Positions 37,145-47,809 of a stretch of DNA of 64,000 nt are shown piece by piece; the first letter of the stretch is position 1, and each line of letters opens with the position of its first letter. This stretch comes from Selaginella moellendorffii. Taxonomy: Eukaryota; Plantae; Lycopodiophyta. The position numbers and the translations under genes were made by a program. Location of the stretch: the NCBI RefSeq assembly GCF_000143415.4, contig NW_003314373.1, positions 390,876-454,875 on the forward strand, in the 5' to 3' direction. The notes under the pieces are model-generated. The model saw only the letters and a program-made list of their open reading frames with translations, did not search any database and had not been told where the DNA came from.

Positions 37145-39855
37145 ATCCACGACTCAGTGGATGGTTGATAGAAATTTACCTCGAAATTTCAGACGATCTT
37201 CTGCGTTGCTTCCCAAACCAATGCTGGAAAGAAAATCGCAATGCTGCGAATCAGGGGATTGCGATCAAGCCCGGCTTCACTGGAAATGTGTCAGATCTAC
37301 GCACATCTGGTACCATAAACGAGCGAGAGAATGCAGGGGATGTGCCGCCGCCTGCATTCACGAAGGACGCCTCCTCGTCCTCCAGCGCTGCTAGGGTAGT
37401 GAAGCAATGCCTCACAGTCATCCCCCGCTGGAGCTGGAGTGGCCGTCAAGCGAGCTTGAGCGCCCGAAATATCGATTAGCCGGGTCGATCTAGCACAGCG
37501 AGCGCGACCTAGGCGATTCCTAGCGCCAATGCAGATCCACACGCCGCGGATCAAAGAATTTCGAGCAGCGCGGCACCGGCGCCTCCGTAAATCGATCGAT
37601 CGATCGAAGCCTCCAATGCTGCTATATCTACCGCTACTAGAATGCGCCAGTGCGCCAATGCAAGAACTCTAAGCTACCTACACACGCACAAATAGGCCAT
37701 CGCTAAAAGCCGCCCCAAAGAGCCCTCGGCAACGCCAGCCGTCGGATCCGCCGCGAGGCCCCGGATCCGTAATGCCGCGCCGTGGTGGCGAGACATGGGC
37801 CGTCGGATCCGCGACTCGCACCACGTGGCCGTTGCACTAACCGCTAGATATGCGCAGCCGTGTGAAAGCGCCACCACGTGCTCCGCCCTCCGATTCCACC
37901 ATCCGACGGCCACCAAGAGGGCAGCTGGCCATGTTTGCCAGCGCTGCGTGAGCTGCCTCTACGGGCAGTAGGCTTTGCTTGATCAATCAATGGTACGGGA
38001 TTATGGGCGATGGGAATATCCCCTCCCTCCAAAACAATTGCGTGTGCGAAAGATCCAGCTATGTGTTAGGTATCCACGAGCCACGTCATTCGCATGCAAT
38101 CTCCCGTCGATTCCACAGAATATGCCCCGTGAAAGGGCAAAAGAAAAATTTCCCGCTACCACGAGATCAATGTGGTGGAGGTCAGGGCTTTTGTTTTCAT
38201 GGACTTCTTGCGAGGCGTTTTCGCTTTTCCATCGTCTTGTTCATATTTTCCATGTTTTCAAAGACTGGGTTTTAGGTCTTGGAAAGGCTGGCAAGACATG
38301 GCGTATAACCGGCGCGCCCGCCCGCCGCCGCGAAAGCAGGGAAATTAAAAAAAGGAGGGAGGTCGAAGAAATCTATCAATCAATCAATCACTAGTAAAGC
38401 CCTTGGCAGTGCGAGAAGTGGACATCACATGCCAAATGCAAGTCTGGACTTACAACAACAACAACACATAGACACACCCACACAATGTCATAGTTGTAGA
38501 AACAATATAGTATTTCTACACCCGCAACTACATACCCTGTATATGGAGTGTGATGAGGAAACGCCAGGCAATCTTTTCGTCCCAGGGCCAGCCGTGAATT
38601 ATCAAACAGCCAGCCGAGCTTCTTCTAGAAAGCCGAAAGATTTGGATGCAAATCTTGGCCGCCAAGCTAAACCTTGTTGATTTTGCAATGTATCGAAGCC
38701 TCCTCAGGGGATTTGTTTACGAAAGCCGAAAGAGTGGGCGGAGATTGTGATTGATCGCGAGCTCTTGTTAACGTTGATCGTGGATCACTTCCAAGGACGA
38801 CAAAATCTACGAATGATAAGACTTGGTATAAGCTTCTCGTCCAATGATTGGAGGGGTGTGTATGGAATATGCTGTCCAAGATCCTTGGCCACCATTAAAG
38901 TATAACGCATTCAATCTCTTGTGCTGGTTGCTCCAACCAAATTGCTTTGGCTTGGCGTGCTCGCGATTAAATCGCGCCCATGAGCGACAATGTTTCCATA
39001 TCGCGCCATTCAATTCCCACAAAGGCTGTGGAAGAATTGTCCAGACCTAGCATCTCCCCGCAAGAAAGTTGGTGGAACAACGAAAGGGAGCTCGCAAATT
39101 TGGTGGTGGCACTCACTCACATTGATTCGACAACGAAAAAAACGTACTATAGACGTGGCGTGGCTTGAATGTGAGAAAAAACGTGCGGACGTGGGCACGA
39201 CGTGTCATTCGTGCCGCCACGTCACTGTGACACGTGTTAGGGCGGCATCTTCTCTTTCCTTTTGCCTGGCAAGTGTTTGCTGGAAGAAATGCAAGCTTTT
39301 GGATGGCTGGCATGTGAGGGTTTGCTGGCCTTGGAAGTGACAGAAAGGGTTTTAAGTTCGTTAACGTGGTCTTGTTGAAGGGATCTCTCTGCCCTGGAAT
39401 ACTTTTAATTCGCCCCATGTTGTAAAGCTCTCCCTCGCGTGATTGATTTGATCGCATCTATCCGACCAGTGAATTTGGACAGTCAACTCGAGCCAAGTGT
39501 TGGGATCGAGAGGGAAATGAAACATCAATCAAGTCGGGCTCGAGACGATCGAGCACGTCTTCCTGGATCGATATCCCCCTACTTAATTAGTGATTTGCGA
39601 TCACATGGAGTGGATGGAGAACGATTGATCGATCAATCAATCAATCGCTGGAGATCTTGACTAATGCAGCCTTTGTGATAGTGATCTTATAGAAGATCAT
39701 GCAAGGGTCCGGGGGTGTAACAAAATCGCTACAGAGTTTCAAATTAGAGATGCCCGACTCGAAACTAAACTCCAAATCTTTCAACAGTGCCACCTTGTCT
39801 CGTGACAATAAACTTCTGGACGACCATTTCCAAGAACTCCGTTTTTTACTTGGCT

Positions 39856-41399
39856 ATGGAGGGCTTGCTTCAAATCGGGACGGCAGCAATTTTTCTATCA
39901 TGGATTGCCTGGAGTTTGTTCTTCGCGCCAAGAACAAGGATCTACCGAGGTAATTTGCCTCCCTCGCCAGGATTTGCTCTCCCGATAATCGGCCACCTTC
40001 ACTTACTTGGCAAATTGCCACACGTCTCCTTCATCGAACTGGCCGAGCGCTATGGCCCGTGTCTAATGCTCAAGCTTGGATCATATCCATGCCTGCTTAT
40101 CTCGTCGCCCGAGTTTGCTCGAGAGGCTCTCAAGGTGAACGACATCGCCTTCTCATCGCGGCCCAGCTTGGCGGCCTCCAGGATCCTGGGAGACAACGCG
40201 GCGGGGATTCTATGGGCTCCCTACGGCCAGCAGTGGAGAAACTTGCGCAAGCTTTGCTCGCTGGAGCTCCTGACCTCGAGACGAATCGAGGAATCGCGGC
40301 CGGTGCGAGCGGCCGAGGTTGCGGCAGCGATGGCGAGAGCAAAGGAGATTTCCAAGGCGGGGATTTGCGTGAACTTGACGAGCTTGCTCGCGGATCTCAC
40401 TTTCGATATCATGCGAGTGTGTGTCACGGGATCGTCGGAGAGCTCCCGATCCTCGGCCGGGGTTTACAAGCGAGCGATGAAAGAATCCTTCGTTGCTGGC
40501 GGGGAAGTTCACGTCGGGGACTACGTACCCTGGCTCTGGTGGCTGGATCTCGCAAAGGTGGCGCGCATGAAAAGAGTTCACGGCGAGATAGACGATATCA
40601 TCCAGAAAGAGATCGACGAACACCGCGGCAATAGCAGTGGCAGTGACGATTTCATCACTGCCACCCTTCGAAACGACGAGATTTGCCGCACGGATCGCGA
40701 TCGCAAGGGACTCATCAGTGTAAGAATCTCTTGATCCCTTTGTTGTTGTTTCGATCGATCGTCCACTTGAACCAGGATGTGATAGGAGGCGGCACTGACA
40801 CCAGCGCTTTGACGGTGGAGTGGGCGATGGCGGAGCTCATCAACAATCCTCGATCGCTGGAGCGAGCACAAGACGAGCTCCTCCAAACTTTCGGCAAAAA
40901 TTCGCTCGTGGAGGAAGATCGACTGGAGGAGCTCGAGTTTCTAACCGCGGTGGTGAAGGAAACACTGCGCTTGCATCCACCGGCGCCCATCCTCATCTAC
41001 GAGACAACGCACGAGTGCCAACTCGAGCGCTACACCATTCCTCCAAAAACTCGCGTCTTCATCAACATCTATGGGATCGCCAGGAGCGAGGCGTCGTGGA
41101 GCGATCCCCTGGCTTTCAAACCCGAGAGATTCCTGGGCAGCGGCGCGATCGATGTCCGCGGCCGCGACTTTGAGGTGCTCCCGTTTGGATCCGGCCGGCG
41201 TGGATGCCCCGGGATTCAGCTGGGATTCACGATGGTGATGCTCGTCCTCGCGAACATGCTGCACGGATTCCACTGGAGCTTACCGCCAGGGCTATCGCGG
41301 CTGGATATGAGCGAGGAGAGCGGCCTCACGATTCCTCGCGCGATCCCTCTCGAGCTCCTGGCAGTGCCGCGCTTGGATGCGCGCTCCTATCCTGTTTGA
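39856..41399 (+). CDS. cytochrome P450, CYP71 clan (A-type), 2 exons
   Basis: Membrane anchor, PPSP hinge, GGTDTS, ETLR, PERF, FGSGRRGCPG; phase-0 intron 40720-40775. Confidence 0.95.
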
Positions 41400-41441
41400 A
41401 ATATAACAGAGAAAATATTTCTAGGGCTCTAGAGATGAGCG

Positions 41442-43211
41442 ATGGAGGTGAGGAGATTTGGCGATGGCGCCATCGCTCGGCAGCTATTCTCGATCAAGGC
41501 AAGTGTCGCGGCATTGAAATCTTGCACCGGCGCCAGGGATTTGGAGAGAGGGAGGAGGATCCACGCCGATGCGATCCACACAGGGTACGATTCCAATCCT
41601 CGTGTGGCGAGTAGCTTGATCAACATGTATGGAAAATGCGGCAGCGCGATGGAGGCTCGACGGGTTTTCGATCGAATCCAGGACAGGGAGAGGGATGTAG
41701 TGGTCTGGACAGCCATGATTATTTGCTATGCTGAGAATGGGGAGGGGTTTCTTGCCTTGGATCTCTTCTCCAAGATGATCCGCGATGGGTTCTCGCCGAA
41801 TTCATGGACTCTGGTAGCTCTTCTCAAGGCCTGCTCGAGCCTGGCAGCGAAAGAACGAGGTGTCCAGGTCGGGGAAAAAATCTTGAAGGCGGATTCTTTG
41901 GAGAAAGGAATGGGGATTCACTCTAGAGTGCTGGGTGATGAGCTGAGCAACACTTTCGTAGCAAACTCGCTCGTCAACTTTTATGCCAAGTGTGGGAGCA
42001 TGGTGGATGCGGCCAGAGTTTTCGACAGCATGAAGGAGCGCGACGTGGTGTCCTGGAACTCCTTGGTTCTCGGGCACGTAGAGAATGGAGAGCTCGAGCA
42101 GGCTCTAGAGGCGATCACCCGATGGATTGAAGACGGCCAAGGTTTTGGAAGTTTCAACCATCTCAGTTTCGTGGCTGTTTGCAAGGCTTGCATTGGCTTG
42201 GCCGAGAGAGAAGATGGTCAGCTCCAAGATAACGGTAAGCTTGTCAAGGTGAAGGCTTTAGAGAAAGGCATGGCCTTCCACTCGCAAGCTTGCTTGTCCG
42301 GCTGCTCTTCGGAAGCTCTTCTGGCAGGCACGATGGTGGACATGTATGCCAAGTGTGGAAGCATGGAAGACGCTCAGCGAGTTTTCAATGAGATAGTTTG
42401 CGGCCGCGGCGGGGGCAGAAACTCTGCCATCGATCTAGTGGTGCCTTGGACTTCACTTGAGATGGGACTCGTAGAGAATGGCGAAGCAGGCGTAGCTCTG
42501 GAGCTTTTCTATCAGATGGTCAACCATGGACTTACTCCAAACTGCCGAACTTACGTTGCTGCGCTCAAAGCAGGCTGTGGCTGCCTGGAAGCGGTGAAGA
42601 GACTCCACGCTGGGATCTTAAGATCGGGAATGCTTGAGAGAGATTTGCTTCTGGGAAACTGCCTGGTCGACGTTTATGGCAAATGCGGCAGCACAGTCGA
42701 TGCTCAGCTCGTCTTTGATGCGGTTCCAACGAGAGATTCGGTGACTTGGACATCACTGCTCGCTGGCTACAGCCTCCATGGCGACGCTCGCCTCGTGTTT
42801 GAGTTTCTCCAGGCCATGCAGGACGATTCTTGTCGACCAAATGCGGTGGCTCTCCTCTGCGTTCTAGCTGCGTGTAGTCGCTCGGGCCTGGTTGACGAAG
42901 GGAAGCAGTGTTTGGAGGCAGCTGTAGCAAAGGGTGGTATTGAGCCAGGGATTCAACATTACAGTTGCATGGCAGACTTGTTGGGACGTGCTGGTGGAGT
43001 GGAAGCTATGGTGGAAGCGATGCCTCGCTCGTGGGAGGGGAACTCTGTGGCATGGACGATGCTACTGGATGCCTGCCGAAAGTGGGGGAACGTTGCGGTG
43101 GGAAAGGTGGCGTTTGAGAAATTGACGAGGCTGGATTGCGAGAGAACATCTTCAGGAGCACCAACAGCAGCCTACGATTTGATGGCAAGTCTCTTCGTAG
43201 CTTCGAACTAG
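41442..43211 (+). CDS. PLS-class PPR protein with extended L-type motifs and E-like tail
   Basis: 589-aa ORF with repeated MYxKCGS..A..VF triplets, HYSCMADLLGRAG; no DYW. Confidence 0.88.
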   Translation: MEVRRFGDGAIARQLFSIKASVAALKSCTGARDLERGRRIHADAIHTGYDSNPRVASSLINMYGKCGSAMEARRVFDRIQDRERDVVVWTAMIICYAENGEGFLALDLFSKMIRDGFSPNSWTLVALLKACSSLAAKERGVQVGEKILKADSLEKGMGIHSRVLGDELSNTFVANSLVNFYAKCGSMVDAARVFDSMKERDVVSWNSLVLGHVENGELEQALEAITRWIEDGQGFGSFNHLSFVAVCKACIGLAEREDGQLQDNGKLVKVKALEKGMAFHSQACLSGCSSEALLAGTMVDMYAKCGSMEDAQRVFNEIVCGRGGGRNSAIDLVVPWTSLEMGLVENGEAGVALELFYQMVNHGLTPNCRTYVAALKAGCGCLEAVKRLHAGILRSGMLERDLLLGNCLVDVYGKCGSTVDAQLVFDAVPTRDSVTWTSLLAGYSLHGDARLVFEFLQAMQDDSCRPNAVALLCVLAACSRSGLVDEGKQCLEAAVAKGGIEPGIQHYSCMADLLGRAGGVEAMVEAMPRSWEGNSVAWTMLLDACRKWGNVAVGKVAFEKLTRLDCERTSSGAPTAAYDLMASLFVASN

Positions 43212-44762
43212 TTGCTGAGACTCGTCAAGCCAGACGTTTTTGTTTTTCCTCCGGAAAGGCGTTGGAGTTGCACGGCACGGCCAACGAAGAGATGTTTTTG
43301 ATTTTCCTCCGGAATGCGTTTGAGTTGCACGGCATGACATTTACATTACATCACGGCAAGGCCAAGCTCTCCAGGTGAAAACTTCTTGTTTTTGTCATTG
43401 TCTCCTGACATTTTTATTTACAGGAACTTGAAAGTCTTGCAACTGGAGTTTTTCCCGCATCCTCTTCGTGCTTAAAAGGTTCGTACTTTAATTGGTCGAG
43501 ACTTTTTCTGTTGTTCTTGATTTCTTTTCTATATGCAGACAACTTGCTGCGCAGAGAAAAAAAAAACTTTTCTTTTGCCCCGAAACAACGCACGAAGGAA
43601 CAGAGCTGTTGTTCATCTCTAAAGGCTCGTTTGTTCGTTTGTATGTGAAGCTTGAGTTTGTCTAACATTTTGTTCTTCTTCAGCTTTCAGAGTCGGCGTG
43701 CTTTGATTATTTTCCCCTTTTTTCCTGGTCTTGGCTACATCCGCTTCTGGTAGGCACACTCTGATTTGTTTAATCCGCTGTTGTTTTACTTTCTGCCGCT
43801 TCGTGCATATCCTCAAGTCCGCTCCAGCTAAGTGGCGCATGCAAATGCGTTAGCACCGCCATTGTCAACGAGCCACAAAGTCCCACCCGCTTATCTTCGT
43901 CACGATCGATACTTCTTTTCGGTATTCAACGCGTATACTATTCTCGCGGCGCAGCTTCGTTGGTGGAGAAAGATTGGATTGGACGCGAGCCGCGAGAAAA
44001 GTGGGGTATGTTCGTTCATTCCTCCACCATCAAGTCTGATTTTATGTTCCGGAATTCCAGGAAGAACGTAGGCTGCCGACACTCCGCTGTTTCACGTAGA
44101 ACCACTGCCAGAGTCGTCTCCAGGAACCTCGCCCCAGAAGTTTCGTGAGCGGAGAGCTCAATTCAAAGACTACTACAGGTATACAGTCCCGCGACTGTAG
44201 ATAAAAGCGCTGCTTCAGCTGGCCTTTGGAATGGATCCAAGGGTCAACCACGTTTCGTTTTCAGGGGCCAGGGGGCGTATGAACAACGAAGAAAACGCGT
44301 CCGGCATAACACCAGTGGTGTTGCTTGGGCGGAGAGAATTTTCTAATGGCGGCGTGGTTTCCCAGCTCCAGTTGGATTTGCTTCGTGGCGAGCGGCGGTG
44401 GGACAACACGACACGGTCCTCTTCGTCGTTGAAAAGGGAAGGAAGCTGCCATTAAACGAGGAGAAAGAAAGAAGAGAAGCAAAGAACTTGTGGTCCGCGC
44501 GTTGAAAGTTTGCGAATGGTGGACGAGACGACTGAGACTGGCGACTTGAGAGACAATTCACGAAGATATAAAAATTTAAAATAAAAAGAAACAACTAAAA
44601 GAGGAAGAAACGCGCATTTTTTGGTGTTTTTGTCGATTTGTCGCGTGGTGTTGAAGTCATTGGTGAATAGATGGATGCGCTTAAACATGACTGACTCTCC
44701 TCGCGACTTAGTAAAAAGGGTTGCTGCTTCGTTCCACTCTGCTTGGTCACTACCTCGCTCCC

Positions 44763-44769
44763 TATAAAT
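44763..44769 (+). promoter_or_regulatory. TATA box of the VQ gene
   Basis: CTATAAAT about 50 bp upstream of the ATG at 44815. Confidence 0.55.
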
Positions 44770-44814
44770 TCTTCCAGCGCTCAATTCTTCCATCGAAGTT
44801 CTAATCGCGAAAGA

Positions 44815-45540
44815 ATGGAGAGACCCACACCCGCTCCCAATTCGCGCGAGAATTTGGAGCTAGACGACTGCGGGAGCTCGTCGTGGGAGATGGGCAGCAG
44901 CACCAGCAACGGTCACGAGGAGAGTAAGGTGAGGAGGACGAAGAGGGGGAATTCCAAGCAGGCGATCGCGATTGACGATCACACCACCAGCAAGAGGTCG
45001 AGGAAGGCGAATTCTCCTTCTTCTTCGTCCGGCAAGAACAGGGGAGCCGAGAATTCCGCGCCCACTGCAGTGGCGTCGAGTGATTTCCATTGCACCGCCA
45101 CCACTTTCGTCCAGGCCGATGCCTCCAGCTTCCGGGATCTCGTCCAGCGGCTGACTGGCGCGAGCGATGATTCGATCAAGATGCCCATCACCAAGGCCTC
45201 GGGCCAGGGCCGCCCAAACCTCTCCTCCAAGCGCTCGCAAGCCGCCATGAAATTCTTCCAGCAGGGCCAGCTCCAGCATCCGCCCAAGCATATGGTGATC
45301 AAGGCTCTTCCTTCCAAGAAGAATCTCTTCCTCAAGAATGCCATGACCGATCTCCTCAGTCCCAAATCGCCGCTCTCTCTGGCGCTAAATTCCTCTCCCA
45401 GTAGCAGTGCCTCTTCTTCCTCCAGCTCCTCGCGGCATCAGCGCGAGCTCCCGGCGGCCATGAATCGGATGTTTTTGCAGCTGGAATCGCCGCGGCCCAG
45501 CAGCAAATTGGAGCTCCTGCCGCTCTTTCCCATGCGCTAG
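44815..45540 (+). CDS. VQ motif-containing protein
   Basis: TTFVQADASSFRDLVQRLTG (FxxxVQxLTG); SP sites and C-terminal LLPLFP typical of the MAPK-targeted subgroup; intronless. Confidence 0.92.
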   Translation: MERPTPAPNSRENLELDDCGSSSWEMGSSTSNGHEESKVRRTKRGNSKQAIAIDDHTTSKRSRKANSPSSSSGKNRGAENSAPTAVASSDFHCTATTFVQADASSFRDLVQRLTGASDDSIKMPITKASGQGRPNLSSKRSQAAMKFFQQGQLQHPPKHMVIKALPSKKNLFLKNAMTDLLSPKSPLSLALNSSPSSSASSSSSSSRHQRELPAAMNRMFLQLESPRPSSKLELLPLFPMR

Positions 45541-45778
45541 CCCAGGCGTGGCCACCACCATTTTCAACTTCTCTTTCTTCATAGATCGTTTAGTTTACGT
45601 CCAAAGTTCCATTCGCGGAAGAACAGTTCGTGTAAAATCTATTAAGTAAACAGCAAAGTTCTAAACTTCATCACTTGGACGATTCCTTCTTGCCAAACTA
45701 AAAGTCAAATAACGTGCAAAATAGAATAATTTTTGACAAGTTTATCTAAGACAAGTTTGACAAGATGGACATCAAGAA

Positions 45779-45850
45779 GTCGTTGTAGTATAGTGGTAAG
45801 TATTTCCGCCTGTCACGCGGACGACCCGGGTTCGATCCCCGGCAACGGCG
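45779..45850 (+). tRNA. trnD-GUC: tRNA-Asp(GTC)
   Basis: 72-nt cloverleaf GTCGTTG..CAACGGCG, anticodon stem TCCGC/GCGGA around CTGTCAC, GGTTCGATCC T-arm, T-run terminator just downstream. Confidence 0.97.
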
Positions 45851-45897
45851 ATCTGATTTTTAGTTTTCCGATAATTTTTTTCTTTGTTTTTTCTTGA

Positions 45898-47772
45898 TCA
45901 TCCAGCCTCGAGATTGGACTTGTAGATATTCGAGAGCAAAACGTACGAGGTGGAGTCTGTAAGATCCGGCAGCCACTTTGAATGGTGGCCAGATTTCTCC
46001 GCAAGAGCAAGAGTTTGTTGCTGGATCTTGCAAGCCGCGAGCAAGGCTCGGCGAGTTTCCGGCTGTGGAAAAAATGGCATGGTTTCAATCAGCTCCTCGG
46101 CTTGTTTGAGCAGTCCCACGCGGCTGTAAATGTCAACCATGGCCGAGTAGTGCCCCACCAGGGGCCTCACCTGATGCTCCACGCTCACAAGCACGAAGTA
46201 TTTCGTCCCACTCTTGAGCAGGCCTCCGTGGCTGCAGGCTGCCAAGACGCTCGAAAATGTGATCTCGTCCGGAACAAAGCCCTCCACCGCCATCTCCAGA
46301 AACAAATCAATCGCGCTCTTGCCGTGCCCAGCCTTTGCAAAGCCAGAGATCATTGAATTCCACGTACCAACATCAGCTTTCGGAAGAATTTCAAACAGGA
46401 CTCTAGCCTCCTGCATATGCCCATTCAAGGCATACGCTGCAATCAGAGTGTTCCAGGACAAAGTTGTCCGCACAGGCATCGTGTTCAGCACAGTCTTTGC
46501 TTCGGAAAGGTGCATGTGTTGCGCGTAGGCTGCCATGATCGCGTGCAAAGTTTCCAAGTTCTTTGCAGGCATGGAGAAGAATATCCCTTCGGCATCTGAG
46601 AGATACCCGTTCTGGGCATATCCCACCAAGAGAGCATTATATGCTATCAAGTCGTGCTCGGGCATGGAATCAAAGACGAGCTTCGCCTCCTCCACACGAC
46701 CTTTACCGGAATACGCTGTGATCATGGTTGTGAACGAAACCACATTCCACTCGGGCATCTTGTCAAAGAGTTTCCGAGCGCCGTCTAAGTTTCCATCTTG
46801 AGAGTAGGCTGCAAGAGCGGAGCTCCACGAAATAAGATCCTTTTGTTCCATGGAGTCGAAGAAGTCAATGGCTTTGCACGTCTCCCCATTCAGCCCGAAA
46901 GCGCTCATGAGCCCGTTCATCGACACCAGATTCCTCTGTGGCATCTTGTCAAACACAAGCTTGGCATTGTCTGGACGTCCGTTTTGAGCATAAGCTGAAA
47001 CCATTGCGTTCCAAGTGATAAGATCCCTCTCCGGCATCTCGTCGAATGTTTTCTTTGCTCGATCCAAGCGACCATTCTGCGAATATGCCATGATCATTGT
47101 GTTGTAAGTCACCACATTGGGATTCGGCATGCTTGCAAACAAAGCATCGGCTTCTTCAATATGCCCAACCTGGGCATAAGCCGACACCATACTAGACCAC
47201 GAGACGACATCCTTGCAAGGAATGATATTAAAGATCTTTCTCGCCAGATCCAATTTCCCCGCTTGCACGTACGCGTTCATGATTCCGTTCCACGAAGCAG
47301 TGTTCTTTTGAGGCGTTCGATCGAACAGCAACTTGGAGCTCTCCAGATGCCCATTCTGGGCATATGCCACAACCATGGTGTTGTACGCCACCACGTCCGG
47401 TCGGGGGATGTGATCGAAGATGGTCTTGGTTTGCAGCAAAGTTCCGCTGCTGGCATAGATTCCAAGGATGATGTTCCACGAGAAACTGTTGGGAGTGTGG
47501 ATGGAATCAAAGACTTGCTGGGCTTCCACCAGGCTGCCGCAGCGTCCATACATGAGAACGAGGAGATTGGCGAGAAATGTGTTGGTGGCTGCGTGAGGAG
47601 TTTGCGAGATCTGCGCGTGAATCCGCCGCCCCTGCGAGAGATTGGTGGCATCCGTGCACGATCGCAGCAGCGCCGCGTAATGGTTTTGCTCGCGAATCTC
47701 GTCGTCGGAGTAGAGCGACTGCTGAGGAGATTGGATGGGAGACGCTGGTGCTCCGATTAGCTTGAGCTCCAT
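45898..47772 (-). CDS. PLS-class PPR protein (S-repeat rich, E-like tail)
   Basis: 624-aa intronless ORF, LLVLMYGRCGSL, tandem 31-aa repeats. Confidence 0.92.
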   Translation of the reverse strand: MELKLIGAPASPIQSPQQSLYSDDEIREQNHYAALLRSCTDATNLSQGRRIHAQISQTPHAATNTFLANLLVLMYGRCGSLVEAQQVFDSIHTPNSFSWNIILGIYASSGTLLQTKTIFDHIPRPDVVAYNTMVVAYAQNGHLESSKLLFDRTPQKNTASWNGIMNAYVQAGKLDLARKIFNIIPCKDVVSWSSMVSAYAQVGHIEEADALFASMPNPNVVTYNTMIMAYSQNGRLDRAKKTFDEMPERDLITWNAMVSAYAQNGRPDNAKLVFDKMPQRNLVSMNGLMSAFGLNGETCKAIDFFDSMEQKDLISWSSALAAYSQDGNLDGARKLFDKMPEWNVVSFTTMITAYSGKGRVEEAKLVFDSMPEHDLIAYNALLVGYAQNGYLSDAEGIFFSMPAKNLETLHAIMAAYAQHMHLSEAKTVLNTMPVRTTLSWNTLIAAYALNGHMQEARVLFEILPKADVGTWNSMISGFAKAGHGKSAIDLFLEMAVEGFVPDEITFSSVLAACSHGGLLKSGTKYFVLVSVEHQVRPLVGHYSAMVDIYSRVGLLKQAEELIETMPFFPQPETRRALLAACKIQQQTLALAEKSGHHSKWLPDLTDSTSYVLLSNIYKSNLEAG

Positions 47773-47809
47773 TACGTAGGAAGAATGCTCAGTGATCCAT
47801 GGTCATGGA

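Noticed and set aside
37161-39700. Numerous short ORFs between TTL and the P450
   Set aside because: No recognisable domains; consistent with a GC-rich divergent promoter/UTR region
43400-44500. Short minus-strand ORFs, possible gene relic
   Set aside because: Could not assign a family or a consistent exon chain
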